Positions 62,786 to 64,000 of a DNA stretch of 64,000 bases are shown in pieces. The notes under the pieces are model-generated. The model did no database searches and had not been told where the DNA came from. It worked only from the letters and a program-made list of their open reading frames with translations. Within the stretch, counting starts at the first letter, position 1; the number at the start of each line of letters is the position of its first letter. The position numbers and the translations under genes were made by a program. This stretch comes from Octopus sinensis (Eukaryota): contig NC_043003.1 in the NCBI RefSeq assembly GCF_006345805.1, positions 22,258,001 through 22,322,000 of the forward strand. The letters are read 5' to 3'.

Positions 62786-62833
62786 GTCATACAGGTGTTT
62801 CTGGTATGTTATGGATATCCCTTCATCAGAGAC
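62786..62833 (-). ncRNA. Minimal type-I hammerhead-ribozyme-like motif in a Penelope-like remnant
   Basis: Minus strand: GTCT-CTGATGA-AGGGATATCCATAACATACCA-GAAA-CACCTGT-A-TGAC. The core is intact with a GUA site, a near-palindromic helix III and imperfect stems I and II. Confidence 0.55.
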
Positions 62834-64000
62834 AGTCTGAGAAAATATTAGAGTTCGAATTATTATGGAAAAGGAGGAGATAGGGAATCTAGAGGAAACA
62901 AGAGAATGAAAGTAGAAATAAGATGTATAAAGATATTGTATTTGCAGTTCCATTATTCGAGGAAAACGGTGTATAGAAGTGGTAAAAGTTTCTTGTACAT
63001 GGTATGCAAGTTCCAATAGCAGTTTCAAATTATGGAGCTCTGGAATCAATGTTGCTCGTTTGAAAGGGTTTTATATATGTACATGTGTATATATTTGTAT
63101 ATATTGATGTGTGTGTGTTATGATCGTATATGTTTGTCGTGTTTGTGTAAAAGCTACAATAAAAGCATGTATATACATATGTAAAATACTACTTACTTGT
63201 CTGTGTATTTATTGAGCTAACTGCTTATCTCTTTTTGTTTTGGTTGAAATTTCGTTTTTCAATTGAAGATTTTTCTTATGTCCTTATTTGAGCTTCATGC
63301 TTAGTTTCAAACTGTATGAATCCAAAATCTGTTTGTTTGAAAGGCCTTCTTGAACCCTCATCTTTTGAATGAAATGATACTCACACAATGTTAGTGAACA
63401 TTTGCTGTAGGTGGTGAAGAATCATGGGAATGATATCTTTCATCTTGATTTTTTTTTTTATATTGTTCATCATCGTTTAACGTCCGCTTTCCATGGGTTG
63501 GACAATTTGACTGAGGGCTGGCGAACCAGATGGCTGCACCAGGCTCCATTCTTGATCTGGTGGAGTTTCTACAGCTGGATGCCTTCCTAATGCCAACCAC
63601 CCTGAGAGTGTAGTGGGTGGTTTTACGTGCCACCGGCACAGGGGCCAGTGAGGCGGTACTGGCAACAACCTCGCTCGAATGTTTTTACACGTGCCACCGG
63701 TACTGTTTTTACATGGTCAAGGCACAGTAATGTTTCTTGGAGACCTGTCATCATGAACTCTCCTGTCCTAGACAATACATGAGGGGTTTTGCAATTCCTT
63801 GCTGATCAACATACACAAATGATTCGCTTATAGTGATCAAATGTTTGTGCTGCTCATCGGCTCACTTCTGCCATTGAATTAACATTTCCTGTACAGGTGC
63901 AGAAGTGTGCCACTTGTGAAAGTGATTGTAGATCAAAGCGAGATAGACTGTTTTGCTCGTGAACACAAAGCGTGGCCTGATCTGAGAATCAAAACCATAA

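Noticed and set aside
60149-64000. Next KANK exon (ankyrin region)
   Set aside because: No acceptor followed by a phase-2 KANK-like or ankyrin sequence was found; it probably lies beyond the window.

Overview
AT-rich eukaryotic genomic DNA saturated with microsatellites and repeats. The SINE families and repeat landscape look like an octopus (coleoid cephalopod) genome; this is inferred, not database-checked. The one well-supported gene is a + strand KANK (KN motif and ankyrin repeat) family gene. It has a short first coding exon (50680-50731) spliced in phase 1 to a 5,278-bp exon (54867-60144). That exon carries the talin-binding KN motif, the conserved coiled coil, a very large Ser/Thr-rich repeat region and the pre-ankyrin LKSxxK...KKxxxF...GG motif. 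The ankyrin exons are not in the window. The first ~50 kb is probably upstream or 5' intronic sequence. It contains two full-length but broken mariner elements from different subfamilies, a deleted mariner copy, pogo/Tigger-like and piggyBac-like MITEs, a foldback element, a Helitron-like element, LINE 3' remnants (RTE, HERO-like, R4/Dong-like) and dozens of modular tRNA-derived SINEs. The most unusual signals are three minimal hammerhead-ribozyme-like motifs of the Penelope type in three unrelated repeats, one of them downstream of a tRNA-type Pol III SINE head with a palindromic 5' end. No rRNA, true tRNA or CRISPR was found. Most short ORFs in the supplied track are microsatellite artefacts.
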